64,000 nucleotides of DNA from positions 2,400,001-2,464,000 of the forward strand of contig CAWKDB010000010.1 in the NCBI GenBank assembly GCA_963848295.1. Reading direction: 5' to 3'. The notes below the pieces were generated by a model. The model was not told the DNA's origin, did not search any database, and was given only the letters and a program-made list of their open reading frames with translations. The number at the start of each line of letters is the position of its first letter. Within the stretch, counting starts at the first letter, position 1. Shown here one piece after another: positions 30,847 to 41,723 of this stretch. The position numbers and the translations under genes were made by a program. Source of the stretch: an uncultured delta proteobacterium (GTDB lineage Bacteria > Myxococcota_A > Polyangia > Haliangiales > Haliangiaceae).

Positions 30847-31682
30847 ATGAAGGACACCATCTTATTTAGGTCACGCAATGAAGTGACCACCTCGGATCTG
30901 CTGCGTTGTCTGGAGTCGGTGGGCGCCGGCGATTGTCGCCGTGCTCTACGTCCACTCCGAAATGTCGTTCGGGAAACCCAATCCCGAGCTTGGTAAGACG
31001 GGGCTGCTTCAAGCGGTGCTCGACACGCTGCTCGAGCTCGGCGTGCCCACGCTGTGCGTTCCGACCTTCACGTTCAGCTTCTGCAACGGCGTCGCCTACG
31101 ACGTGAACCAGTCGCGTTCGAAGATGGGTGTGCTCAACGAGTACATTCGCCGGCTTCCGAACGCGAAGCGTTCGATGAATCCGCTGATGTCGTCCGCCGC
31201 GATCGGGGCTGACCTCGGCGTCGTCACGGATCTAGGCATCACTCGATCGGTGCCGGCTGCACGTTCGACAAGCTCCATGCGGCGAAGAACGCGCGGTTCT
31301 TGTTCCTCGGCGTCGGCGCGGCGAAATGCTTCACCTATACGCACTACGTCGAAGAGCGGTTGCGCGTGCCGTACCGCTACAGCCGCGATTTCACCGGGAC
31401 GATCACCGACGGCGCTCGCCAGTACGAGGATACGTACAAGCTCTACGTTCGCTACAACGGCGTCCAGCCCGAATCGACGACGAAGTTCGAGGACTTCATG
31501 GTGCACGAGGGCCTGATGAAGAAGGTCGCGTGCGGCGACAACTTCATCTCGAGCGTCTCGGAGCCTCTCGCGTACGACACGATCGCTGGCAAGATCGGCG
31601 AAGACGCCAACTACTTCCTCGCGGTCCCGCTCCGGTCGAGCGCGACACCCGCTTCGAGGTTCACGACATGGTGGCGTTGTAG
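30847..31682 (+). pseudogene. AAC(3)-family (Antibiotic_NAT) acyltransferase, frameshifted
   Basis: 'VLYVHS', 'PTFTFSF', 'SKMGVLNE', 'RSMNPLMS', 'FTYTHYVEE..VPYRY' across frames. Confidence 0.8.
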
Positions 31683-31692
31683 AGCCACGGCC

Positions 31693-32420
31693 ATGGAGAT
31701 CACGAAGCACGACATCGACAGCAAAGTGCTCGGTCGCCCGATCCTCGAGCTGCGCGGGCCGCTCGACGGCGATTTCGCGCACGTCGAGAGCGAGTACGTG
31801 CGAACGCACAAGCCGTTCTACGTCGTGTACAAAGCCCCGATCGAGGACATCGCCGCGATCCAGAAACTGGAGGATCATGGCTTTCGTTTCGTCGAGACGC
31901 AGCTGCGCCTGACGTTCCGGTTGCGCGGCCACTTCGATACGTCGAAGGCACCCTACGTGTTCGAGCGCGTGACCACCGAAGACCAGTTGCGCGACGTCCT
32001 CGAGATCGCCGCGAACACCTTCACCGACGACCGGTTCTTGGTCGATCCGATGCTGCCCGACGCGGCGAAGGTCTCGTCCGCGCGCTATGCCGCCTATGTG
32101 CGCAATTCATTCGCGCGGTCGGACGAGGACGGTGTACCGCATGGTGAACGCCACGACCGGACGGACGGTCGCGTTCAAGACCCATCGGATCGTGAACCCC
32201 GAAGAAGCGCTGATGCTGCTCGGTGGCGTGCATACCGACTTCAAGAACACCGAGTCGCCCCGATCAACGCCTATCACGAGTTCAACGAGCTGACCCGCAA
32301 CGGCGTGAAGCGCTTCACGACCCCGCTCGGCGCGCAACTACCCGGTGATCAACCTCGAGGTCGGCGGCTTCAAGTACCGCCTCAAGCAAACCTGGCGACC
32401 TGCAGAAACTATACGCATGA
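31693..32420 (+). pseudogene. WecD-like GNAT acyltransferase, frameshifted
   Basis: 'LEDHGFRFVETQL', 'FTDDRFLVDP', 'RYAAYVRNSF'; probably ends KLYA* at 32420 with an ATGA overlap. Confidence 0.62.
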
Positions 32421-33250
32421 CGAAAAAGACGATCTCCGACGCGACCGTACATGCCGGGTCTCGATGATAGTTCCGTTCGACAGAGCTGCGCGACCTGCTC
32501 GGCACGCACACATCCGCGCGCATCACAGGATTGTTCTCTCGCAGGACGAGGGTCACTCGCAGCTCGGACCAAGTTCATGTCGAGGTTGCAACAGATCAAG
32601 ACGACGGAACGCTCGATCCGAAGGACGCCGAGGCCATCAAGCGGACATCGAGAAGTTCCGATCGTCGGAGCACGTAGGCCTAAACGCGTGTCCGCGGTTC
32701 CTACGGATGTTCTCACAATCAACGACGTTCAACAAGGGTTCGGTTTCGGCACTGTTCGCCAAATATTCGCCGGCTGATGGCGGTTTCCGCAACTTGCTCT
32801 ACAAGCTGCCGCAGGACTTCACCTGGCGACGGTACGAGAACGGGATGTGGTCGGCATCGGCCGATCAACCACTACCCGCGCGGCGGTGGCTTCATGGCGA
32901 CGCACACCGATGTCGGCACAGCCTCGGTCCAGCTGCCCGACGCGGGCATGGATCGGCCTCGTCCAGCTGCTCCTGCTCCTGACGAAAGAAGGGCGTGGAC
33001 TACCACGAGGGTGGCGCGTATATCAATCTCGAGGGCGAGCGTTATCTGTTCGAGTCCGAGTGCGAGATCGGCGACGTCGTGATCTACGACGGCCGCGTCA
33101 CGCACGGCGTCGAGGATCGATCCGATGGAGCCACTCGATCTGAGCTGGTTCGCGGGCCGCCATGTGGCGCTCGTCACGCTGTTCAAACACTTCACGAAAG
33201 ACAGCGAAGCCGAGTACAGGGCGCTGATGAGGGCGACCGACTCGAAATAG
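32417..33250 (+). pseudogene. 2OG-Fe(II) oxygenase-like protein, frameshifted
   Basis: 'INHYPRGGGFMATHTD' (HxD), 'DYHEGG', 'GDVVIYDGRVTHGV' (distal His), 'GRHVAL'. Confidence 0.65.
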
Positions 33251-33357
33251 CGACCTCCACCGATTCCTGGTCTTGGCCTCGGCCTCGGCCTTCGTCTCGA
33301 GCGTGCGGCCAAACGCCGTCGGTCGAATCGTCGCTTCGCGCCGGCGAGAAGCTAGAG

Positions 33358-35656
33358 TTGGGACGACGATGGCGTGATAGGTTCGGTGCGTCGAGGTGTC
33401 TGGGGGTTGTGACGATCGCGTTTGCGATCACGGCGTGCGGTGACAACCCGGCGGCTCCCTCGACGCCGGCGCACATGATGCCGGCGACGCCGGTGCCGGC
33501 AGTGTAAGCTGGTCCCTCCGTGCGCGGTGCTCGGGCTCCCTGGTCCTCCCGCGATCGCTGTGCGGACGACGGCCAACCTGAACCTGCGTGACATTGACGG
33601 CGACGGCAACCTCGACCTGATTGCCGCCGACGGTGGAGTGAGTCTGCTTCTTGGCCATGGCGACGGTTCCTTCGGCGCCAGCATCGATTCTCCCACCGAC
33701 CTGACATCCGGGAGCGTGGTCTCGGTGGCGATCGCCGATCTCGACGGCGACGGAAAGCTCGATCTCGTCGAAGGCATCCAATTCGGTGCGGCCGCAACAG
33801 GGTCTGGCTCGGCAACGGGACCGGTGGCTTCGCGCCGCTGGCCGATTATCCGATGGGATGCTCACGTCAACGCGATCGCGCTGGCCAACCTCAACGAGGG
33901 ACGGCAAGGTCGACCTCGTGCGCGTCGATCCGACGACCAACACGATGAACGTCCATTCGGCAACGGTGACGGTACGTTCGGTGCCGACACCGGTTATACG
34001 GTTGGCAGCCAGGCCGCGTACGAAGGCGGCGTCGCGGTCACCGAGTCTCGATGGCGACGGTCATCCGGAACGTCGCGGTCGGAACTGGAACAGCCGCACG
34101 ATCAGCGTCCTATACGCGGCAACGGCGATGGGACACTTCCAGCCCAACGTCGACTACGACACGAATGGCGGCCCCACCATCATCGCAAGGGATCTAGACG
34201 ACGATGGCCACGTCGAGCTTGGTAGTTGGCGGCGACTTCGCTTTACGCGTGCTGATGAACAATGGTGACGGCGCGCTTCGCGATCATATCGACTACTCCG
34301 TGTCGGACGAGATCACCGCCTTCGCGATTGGCGATGTCGACCTCGACGGCAAGCTCGACGTGGTCGGTGCCGAAGAATCGTCCAACGAGGACGGCGCCAT
34401 GCTGGTCTTTGCGGGCAATGGCGACGGAACGTTCCAGTTCCGCGGTCGTCACTCCCAGTCTTTGTTGGGCGCAAATGGAATCGCAATCGGCGACATCGAT
34501 GGCGATCACGCTCCTGATCTGGTGATAGCGAGTTCCGCTCTTCTTGTTTGGCGAGCATCGTCGAGAAGTAACGGCGGCGGCAGCTTCGGCTACAACGCGT
34601 ACCTGATGGATAGATAGAAGCAAAAGGGATGTCGCCGCTGCAAGATCTCGACGGCGGATGGATATGTCGACCTCGTCTCGACAGGGGGCAGCAGCTCGAT
34701 CGACGTCGCCCTCGGGAAACCCCAGGGCGCGTTCAAATCGCTGGTCAGCTACCCCGTGGCACCACCACGGGCGCCATCGTCGTCGCCGATATCAACGGGG
34801 ACGGCCTCTTCGATCTCAATAGATGTCGGTCTTACCCTCGGGAAATGGTCCTGGCGTCAGCGTGCTGCTCGGAAATGGCGATGGGAACGTTTCAAAATCC
34901 GGTTGGCCTACGCCGCTCACCGTCCGCGCGATGTACGAATGGGCGATTCGGAGACTTCACCGGTGACGGAAAATCCGATCTCGTTGTCGGCTCCAGCGGA
35001 TCCGAGGGTATGGGCGGCATGGGCGACGGTAGCGGTGGACCTCTACGCCGGGACCGGCGACGGGACCTTCTACGAGGCCCGTACGAAGTCATGGACTACA
35101 GTAGCTATAGACACGATTACTTTGCTGTAGCTCTCGGCGATTTGAAAAACGACGACGGCAGACCAAGACGTTCTGGTTTCCCACGGTCGAGGTCTGTGCG
35201 ATTCGAGTCCGGCTGCCACAAGGAACGGCCGGGGTCGATGTGCTGCTTAACAAGAACGGTGGTGATGTCGGGGCGCCGATTCGAACCGCGTTGCCCGTTA
35301 GCTACTCGTTCCTGTTCGCCGATCTCGATGGGGGACGGGAACTTGAGCATCGTTACCGCGGGAGGGCAGCAAGGCGTGTTAGTCGCGCGGGGCAACGGCG
35401 AGTGGCACGTTGCAGCCGGCCTGATGCACCCGGACTCTTCGCTAGCTTCGCTAGCCCAGCAGGATCCCGGACGTCACACGGGGACGGCAAGCTCGACATC
35501 GTCTTGTACGACTCCGAATTCACTGGCGGCAACCTGAGCATATTGCCGGGAAACGGTGACGCAACGTTTCGACCGGCTGGATCTATCCCGATGCACTCGG
35601 TATCGGACGCGCTACCTTCGCGGACATCAACCGAGATGGTCGCCTGGATCTCGTGA
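33358..35656 (+). pseudogene. FG-GAP/VCBS repeat lipoprotein, heavily frameshifted
   Basis: Lipobox AITACGDN; many DxDGDGxxD and GNGDGTF repeats in shifting frames. Boundaries approximate. Confidence 0.75.
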
Positions 35657-35715
35657 CGCCCGACGACACGTTCGGGATCTGGTTTGCTCGCTGCCTACAC
35701 TGAGCGCGCAAGCCG

Positions 35716-35962
35716 TCACGGAGAGAGCTCGAATGCTCCCATGTCACGGGCCGCCCCTTGAGGGCGCACGTGCCCATCGAAGTCGATGTCCTCCGTGGAT
35801 GCAGGATCGGCCGCGCCCACCACTAAGATATCACCAGCTGTGAAACTCGCCGGGTATGACGATCGAGTCATTGATCGAGAGTCCGGCCTCGCAGTTCACA
35901 GAGCTGGCGATGACGGTCGAGGAACAAGCGATCGCGACGCTAACAGTCTTGTTCAAGATCAT
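35716..35962 (-). pseudogene. Fragment ending in a choice-of-anchor-Q-like C-terminal motif
   Basis: Manual translation ends '...DIDFDGHVRPQGAARDMGAFELSP*'. Confidence 0.5.
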
Positions 35963-36470
35963 CCGCCGCCCGAGAACTTGTGAACTTCAACTCAACCGTG
36001 CCACATCCGCCTTGGGTTAGCGCGACGGCGACATTGATGCTCGCTCCAGAGCCGAAGAGCTGGATCCCCGCAAACCCGTAGAAACACGAATCGGGCGGAT
36101 CGGTGACGACGAGGCCGCAACCGGTATCCAATTCCGACACCGTCGCCGCGCTCCCCATCTGGCTCGCGTTGATTTCCCAGCCGGACTCGCCTGGGCCCGG
36201 CGGTGATGCGATGACGGTCACGCCAACTGACCGCAGGCTCGTGCCGGCACACGTCGTGACAACGATCCCGTTGCATGTATCCACTGTCACGCTTCCAGCA
36301 GCCGTACTGACGGTGGTTATGTCCGCGCACAGGTCGGTTGGGTCGGGCGTAGCGTCGACCGCGGGGAAGGTCCGGACGCGTCCGCAAGGGGCGCCGGATA
36401 ATTGTCGCGGCACGCGGTAACCGAGAGCACCAACAAGCCAGCCCCCAGCTTACACATCCTCCGTACTCTA
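35940..36470 (-). CDS. Hypothetical Cys-rich lipoprotein, frameshifted
   Basis: Lipobox-like 'LSVTACRDN' in one frame, continuing into the ORF 35940..36413. Confidence 0.45.
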
Positions 36471-36485
36471 CCAATGATCGCCGGG

Positions 36486-38784
36486 TTACCGCTCCGAGAC
36501 CTCGACGTGACGCAGCTCGAAGCCGGCGTGGGTGCCGCGCTTCACCGAGACGATCACGCGCAACTCGCGAACGTCCTCCGGCACTCGCGGTGCTGCCGGC
36601 GAACACGAACCTGTGCGCGGAATAGCCGGGGACCAGCGTCACCGGGCCAGAGAAGCCGAACTGTTGCGCCGCGGGATCGAGCCCCCAGCGCCAGCGGATC
36701 GATCGGTTGGTCGCGGTCTCGGCGATCACGTAGAGGCCGATGACGTTCTCGGGATCGACCAGCGTGAGGTCGAAACGCGCCGCGGCGAGCCCGTTGACAG
36801 GGACCTGAACGCCGGCGTGCTCGCCGTGGCTCTCCGATCGAAGCGCACGGATCGCTGCGCCGCCGCGTCGACCGTGAAGCGAATCCCGCCGTCGACTGGC
36901 TCGACCGCGGCCTCGAGGCCGCATCGCGGAACGGGCAAGATGTAGCGGTCGTACGGAGCCGTGAACGCGATCGAGTGGAACGCGCGATCGGAGACATCGG
37001 GCGGGCCGGGCAACTCCTCGGCGAACAGCGCGAGTTGTGCTTCAGCAGTTCCATTCGTCGCTGCCGCGCACGAGTGGCGTCGTAACCAGCCGGATACAGC
37101 TCGGAGCGCAACGCGATCGGCATTCCGGCGGCGGTGTCTACCAGCGACATCCGGATCGCGGGTCGTGAAGCCGGCGCCGGATCCACTCTTCGAACACCTC
37201 GTGCCCGTACGGCGTCGCGACCATGTACGCGTTCGGATTGTCGATCATCTTGCGCAGAAACTCATGGCCGCTGTGGATCCCGAATCGCTCGACATACTCG
37301 AACCACGGCGCCGGTAAACGTTCCCCAGCCGCTCGGCAGCGCATCGTAGCCGCGAGGATCCGCGAGCAGCGGATCCATCTCGGCGGTCCCGATGCCCTCC
37401 ATCACCATGCCGTGGCGCGCGTTCACGCGATCGGCGAACGCGTGGAGCGCCGGGTGATACGGCCATGGCGTCGCGATCGGTCCACATCAGCAGATCGCGC
37501 GCCCACGCGAACATGAACAGCGAGACCACGAGCACCGCGAGATCGCCGCGCCGAGGGCTATCTGTCCGAACGCGCGAGCGGGTGGGCGACTCGCGATCTC
37601 GCCGGCGATGATCACGAACATGCCGAACGCGGCCACCGTATAGAACGACAGCGACACGCGCTGCGGGAACCGACTCATCGCGGCGATCACCACCGGCACG
37701 ACCATCAGGAACACCAGGTAGCCGAGGCTGAGCACGACGCCCCGCCTACGATCGATGCCCCCGAGCCATGCGAGCGCGAGGCCGCCGACGATCGCGGTGA
37801 GGAACAGCCACACGCTCGCGGCAGATTCGCTCGCGATGCCGCGCAAGACGTCGTAGCCCTCGGCGAGACCGAGCGACGACGGAACACCGCCGGTGTCGGC
37901 GAGCCGCTTGACCTTCTCAGTCGAGAACTCGGTGTCGTCCGCCAATAACCAGGTCGAGAAGTCTCGGTACTCGTCGACCGTCCAGCCGGCGCGGGTCAGG
38001 AGCTCCGGTGCGCGCGATGTCTAGGGATGCGAACGCCGCAGCGCCGCTGATCCGGCCGCGCTGACGGTTGAACTCCTCGTGAGTCGGCGCCGTGGGATTG
38101 CGAGATACGATCTCTGGATCGCGAACACGATCGCGATCGGCGCGAGGAACGCGATCACCGCGCCGGCCGCGGGAGGTGGCGGCGTCGCAGGAAGCGGAGG
38201 CCGACCCACACGAGCAGCGGCAACACCGCGGCTGCCACAGCCGCGATCGCCGCCTCGCGAAGCGCGAAGCCCGCGACGAACAGCAGACCGTAGATCACCG
38301 CGCGCACGATCGACACGCGCGCTCCCGTCGCCCGGCAGGTCTCGAGGTGAGCGACGAACGCGACCAGCGCGGTGCCCATCGCCGAGATCGATACGGTCGT
38401 CCACGTCACTCCAATCGCGAGGATCGCGTGACTGGCCGCGAGTACCATCGCGCCGAGTAACGTCGCGACGCGCCCGAACCCGGGACGTTGGTCGATCAGC
38501 TCGAGGCAGCTGTGGATCAGCACCGCCCCGGTCGCGACGATCAGCGCGTAGAGAAACAGCCCGTACCACGGCAGGTCGCGCAACCGGTACAGCGCGACCA
38601 GCACCCAGTTCAGCACCGACGACATCCACGGCGTGAACATGCCGAGCCGGAGGTAGAGCACGAACCCCGGATCGTCGTTGACGAGGTAGGCCCGCGGCAG
38701 CAGCGCGGCGATCAGCACGACCATCGCCGTCGACACGGCAAGCGCGATCACGACTCGACGAAGCTGGACCCGCGACCCCACCAT
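36486..38784 (-). pseudogene. GT-C-like polytopic membrane protein with C-terminal soluble domain, multiple frameshifts
   Basis: 'YLVNDDPGF' after TM1, 'GFALRE', many TMs across ORFs 38155-38784, 37487-37945, 37138-37344 and others. Confidence 0.65.
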
Positions 38785-38881
38785 GGCTGCGACTCTCCTA
38801 GTCGATTTCTCCGGTCATGTCCATGAGACTCCTGGCCTTCGATCGGCTGACCGCACGCGCGAGTGCTAGGGTCGGCGCAGC

Positions 38882-39748
38882 ATGGATCGCCGAGAGCAGG
38901 TGCTCGATCGAATTCGGCCCGCCCTCGTCTGCCCGGCGTGCCGGACCGAGCTCGCAGGCGAGTTGCGGGGCGATCTGCGCTGTGCCTCGTGCCAAGCGAT
39001 CGCGCGCCGCGAGCGCGGTGCGTTTCACTTCCGCGGCCTGTCCGACGACACCCAACAACAGGACTGGCTCAACGCCGCCAAGGCCAAGGCCAAGCACGCG
39101 CTGGGTCGGTTCTATCCGGTGGCGATCGATGCGCTCGCGCCGGTCTACTCCAAGCCGGGTGCACGCGGCTTCGTCGCGACGTTCGGAGCGGATGACCTCA
39201 TCTGCGACCTCGGATCCGGCACGAGCACGTACGGCGACAACGTCGTGTCGATCGACGGCTACGCCTACGACAACGTCCACGTGATCTGTGACCTCGCCGC
39301 GTTGCCGTTCGCGGACGGCTCGGTCGACGGCATCATCAGCCAAGCGGTGCTCGAGCACGTCCCCGACCCGGCCGCTCACGTCGCCGAGATGTTTCGCGTG
39401 CTGCGCCCGGGTGGTCGCGTGCATTGCTTCTTCCCATTCATGCAGGGCTTTCACGCATCGCCCCACGACTACAGCCGGATGACGGTCAACGGGCTCAAGC
39501 ACCTGTTCGCCGACTTTACCGATTGCGAAACCCGCGTCGCCGGCGGCCCGACGTCGGGGTTGCTCTGGACGCTACAAGAATGGATCGCGATCGCCGGCTC
39601 GTTCGGCAGCGAGCGGCTGTATCGCGCGATCGTGCCGCTCACCTGGGTGCTCTCTCCGCTCAAGTACATCGACGTCGTGCTGATGAAGCATCCATCGGCG
39701 CACGTGATCTCGTCGGGGTTCGTGATCGAGGGGACGAAGCCCGCCTAG
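38882..39748 (+). CDS. Class I SAM methyltransferase with N-terminal Trm112-like zinc ribbon
   Basis: CPAC...CASC; DLGSG; LPFADGSVD; VLEHV; VLRPGG; PHDY.R. Confidence 0.9.
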   Translation: MDRREQVLDRIRPALVCPACRTELAGELRGDLRCASCQAIARRERGAFHFRGLSDDTQQQDWLNAAKAKAKHALGRFYPVAIDALAPVYSKPGARGFVATFGADDLICDLGSGTSTYGDNVVSIDGYAYDNVHVICDLAALPFADGSVDGIISQAVLEHVPDPAAHVAEMFRVLRPGGRVHCFFPFMQGFHASPHDYSRMTVNGLKHLFADFTDCETRVAGGPTSGLLWTLQEWIAIAGSFGSERLYRAIVPLTWVLSPLKYIDVVLMKHPSAHVISSGFVIEGTKPA

Positions 39749-39749
39749 G

Positions 39750-41723
39750 CTACTTCACCTTCTCGATCACGAGCTCGTGCAGCGCGATCCGCGCGCCGCC
39801 GTGATTGGTCGCGATGGCCTCGATGTTGTTGCGGCGCGTCGCGAGCTTGACCCGCATCCGGACGACCTCCGAGCGACCGCGATCCAGCTTGCTCGCGTCG
39901 ACCTTCGCACGCGCGAGGAACGTCGGGCCGCCGGTCGCGGTAACCACGAAGTCGATCTCCCCGGTGGACTCGACGCCGGAGCCGATCCAGCTGATGTCGT
40001 AGGTGCCTTGCGGCAACGCGATGTATGGACCGTAGACGATCGTGCCTGGCTCCCCAGTCGCCACGAGGTCGCCACCCGCGAGCACCGCCTTGTCGTGGAT
40101 GAGCTGTAGGTGCTTCGCCGCAAGATGCATCGGAAATACCGCGTCATCGCCATCGCGGATCGGGAGCTCGAGCCAATCCATGTCAGTGTCGGCGGTGCGG
40201 TAGATGTAGATGTCGTAGGTACCGCCCACGGCGAAGCGCTCTAGCTCGGGGCCGAGCGTCAGTTGGATCGCATCGCGCTCGACCTTGCTGCGCCCGGCGA
40301 CCACGAAGAATCGATCGGGCACGGTCGCGCGATCGAAGCAGCTCGTGTCGGTGAGCCAACGCGATGGAATGATCGCGTGCCAGAACGTGACCGGGCAAGC
40401 GACCACCTCGCCGCCCGACTCGAGCGTCAACAGGCTCGCCGCCAGGTGGATCGCGAACCCGCGGTGCAGCCCGCGCTGTGCCAGCGCGTCGGCAATCGGT
40501 GCGATCGCGAGCGCGTCGGGTCGCATCGCGGCGAGCGGCGGCTGCGGACGCGCGTCCGGCACCGCAACGAGCGCGGCGATCGGGATGGCGACGAGCCATC
40601 CGGTCGCGAACCGGCGCACGAGCATGCGCGCGTCACCGAGGGTATCGACCGCGATCAGCACCGCGAGCCCCACGATCGTGACGAGGCTCGGGATCAGATA
40701 CCGCACCGACGTCACGTTGCTGAGCACGGTCCCGAACACCGAAAGCGCGAGCACGATGACGAGCTGCACGACGACGATCGCGCCGACGAACTTGCGCGCC
40801 GTGATCGCACGCGAGCTGACGACGTCGCGAACCAGGAGCGCGATCGCGCCGGTGACGAGCAAGAGTCCGGGCAGCGCGCGCACTGCGGACTCGTCGCCGC
40901 CGCACAGCGCGACGAGCCCATCGCGCAACAGGCGCAGGTTCATCGCGATGCGCTTGGCGTCAGCGAGCTCGAACGCCACGTAGCCGGCCGGATACGCGAA
41001 CGTAACGACGGGCACGAGCACGAGCTTGTAGATCGCGAACGCGACCAGCCACGCGCCGAGTGCTGTGCCCGCGACGGTGCCGCGCATCCGCAGGCTGACG
41101 TCGCGCCACGGCCACGCGCAAGCCACGAGTACCGGGGCGATCATGAACACGATCGTGCGAGACGGGTTTTCCATCGCGAACACCGCCACGAGCGCCCCGC
41201 CGAACAACAAAGCGCGCCTGCGACCCGTGCCATCCGCGAAGCTCGCGAGTTGGGTGAACGCGAGCAGATACATACACGCGCCGAAACCGTACGCGAGCTG
41301 GACGTACTCGAAGTCGATGTGCGAGTGCGACCATGCCATCGAGGCCGCGATCGACGCGAACACCGCGATCCAGCGCGCGCTCGCGAGCCGGCGATAGGAC
41401 GCGGTGAAGACGACGAGCTGAAACGCGAACCCGAGTACGAGTGACATCCACAAGCTCGCCTTGCCGACACCGGCGATCGCGACCGGCAGCAGCGCGAGGA
41501 GGTGTTGCCCGATCACCCAGATCTCGCCGTTCGCGTAGTACCAGTCGGTCGCGACCGGAGACTTGGCGTGCAACGCCTTGTCGGCCAGGAATACGATCAC
41601 CGTGTCGTCGGGGTGAAGGCGCGCCGTGAAGGCAAACCCGAACACGTAGATCGCGACCGCCGCGAACACGAGGCCGGTCGCGACCACCACGATCCGCAAC
41701 CATGGCTGCAGCGGCTGCGTCAT
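39750..41723 (-). CDS. GT-C-like membrane protein with C-terminal carbohydrate-binding-like domain
   Basis: 'LHPDD', 'DWYYANGE', 'RYLIP'; C-terminal 'YGPYIALPQGTY'. Confidence 0.75.
   Translation of the reverse strand: MTQPLQPWLRIVVVATGLVFAAVAIYVFGFAFTARLHPDDTVIVFLADKALHAKSPVATDWYYANGEIWVIGQHLLALLPVAIAGVGKASLWMSLVLGFAFQLVVFTASYRRLASARWIAVFASIAASMAWSHSHIDFEYVQLAYGFGACMYLLAFTQLASFADGTGRRRALLFGGALVAVFAMENPSRTIVFMIAPVLVACAWPWRDVSLRMRGTVAGTALGAWLVAFAIYKLVLVPVVTFAYPAGYVAFELADAKRIAMNLRLLRDGLVALCGGDESAVRALPGLLLVTGAIALLVRDVVSSRAITARKFVGAIVVVQLVIVLALSVFGTVLSNVTSVRYLIPSLVTIVGLAVLIAVDTLGDARMLVRRFATGWLVAIPIAALVAVPDARPQPPLAAMRPDALAIAPIADALAQRGLHRGFAIHLAASLLTLESGGEVVACPVTFWHAIIPSRWLTDTSCFDRATVPDRFFVVAGRSKVERDAIQLTLGPELERFAVGGTYDIYIYRTADTDMDWLELPIRDGDDAVFPMHLAAKHLQLIHDKAVLAGGDLVATGEPGTIVYGPYIALPQGTYDISWIGSGVESTGEIDFVVTATGGPTFLARAKVDASKLDRGRSEVVRMRVKLATRRNNIEAIATNHGGARIALHELVIEKVK

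Noticed and set aside
30847..31682. Aminoglycoside resistance gene
   Set aside because: The context is a glycan-tailoring operon, and the fold alone does not imply resistance.
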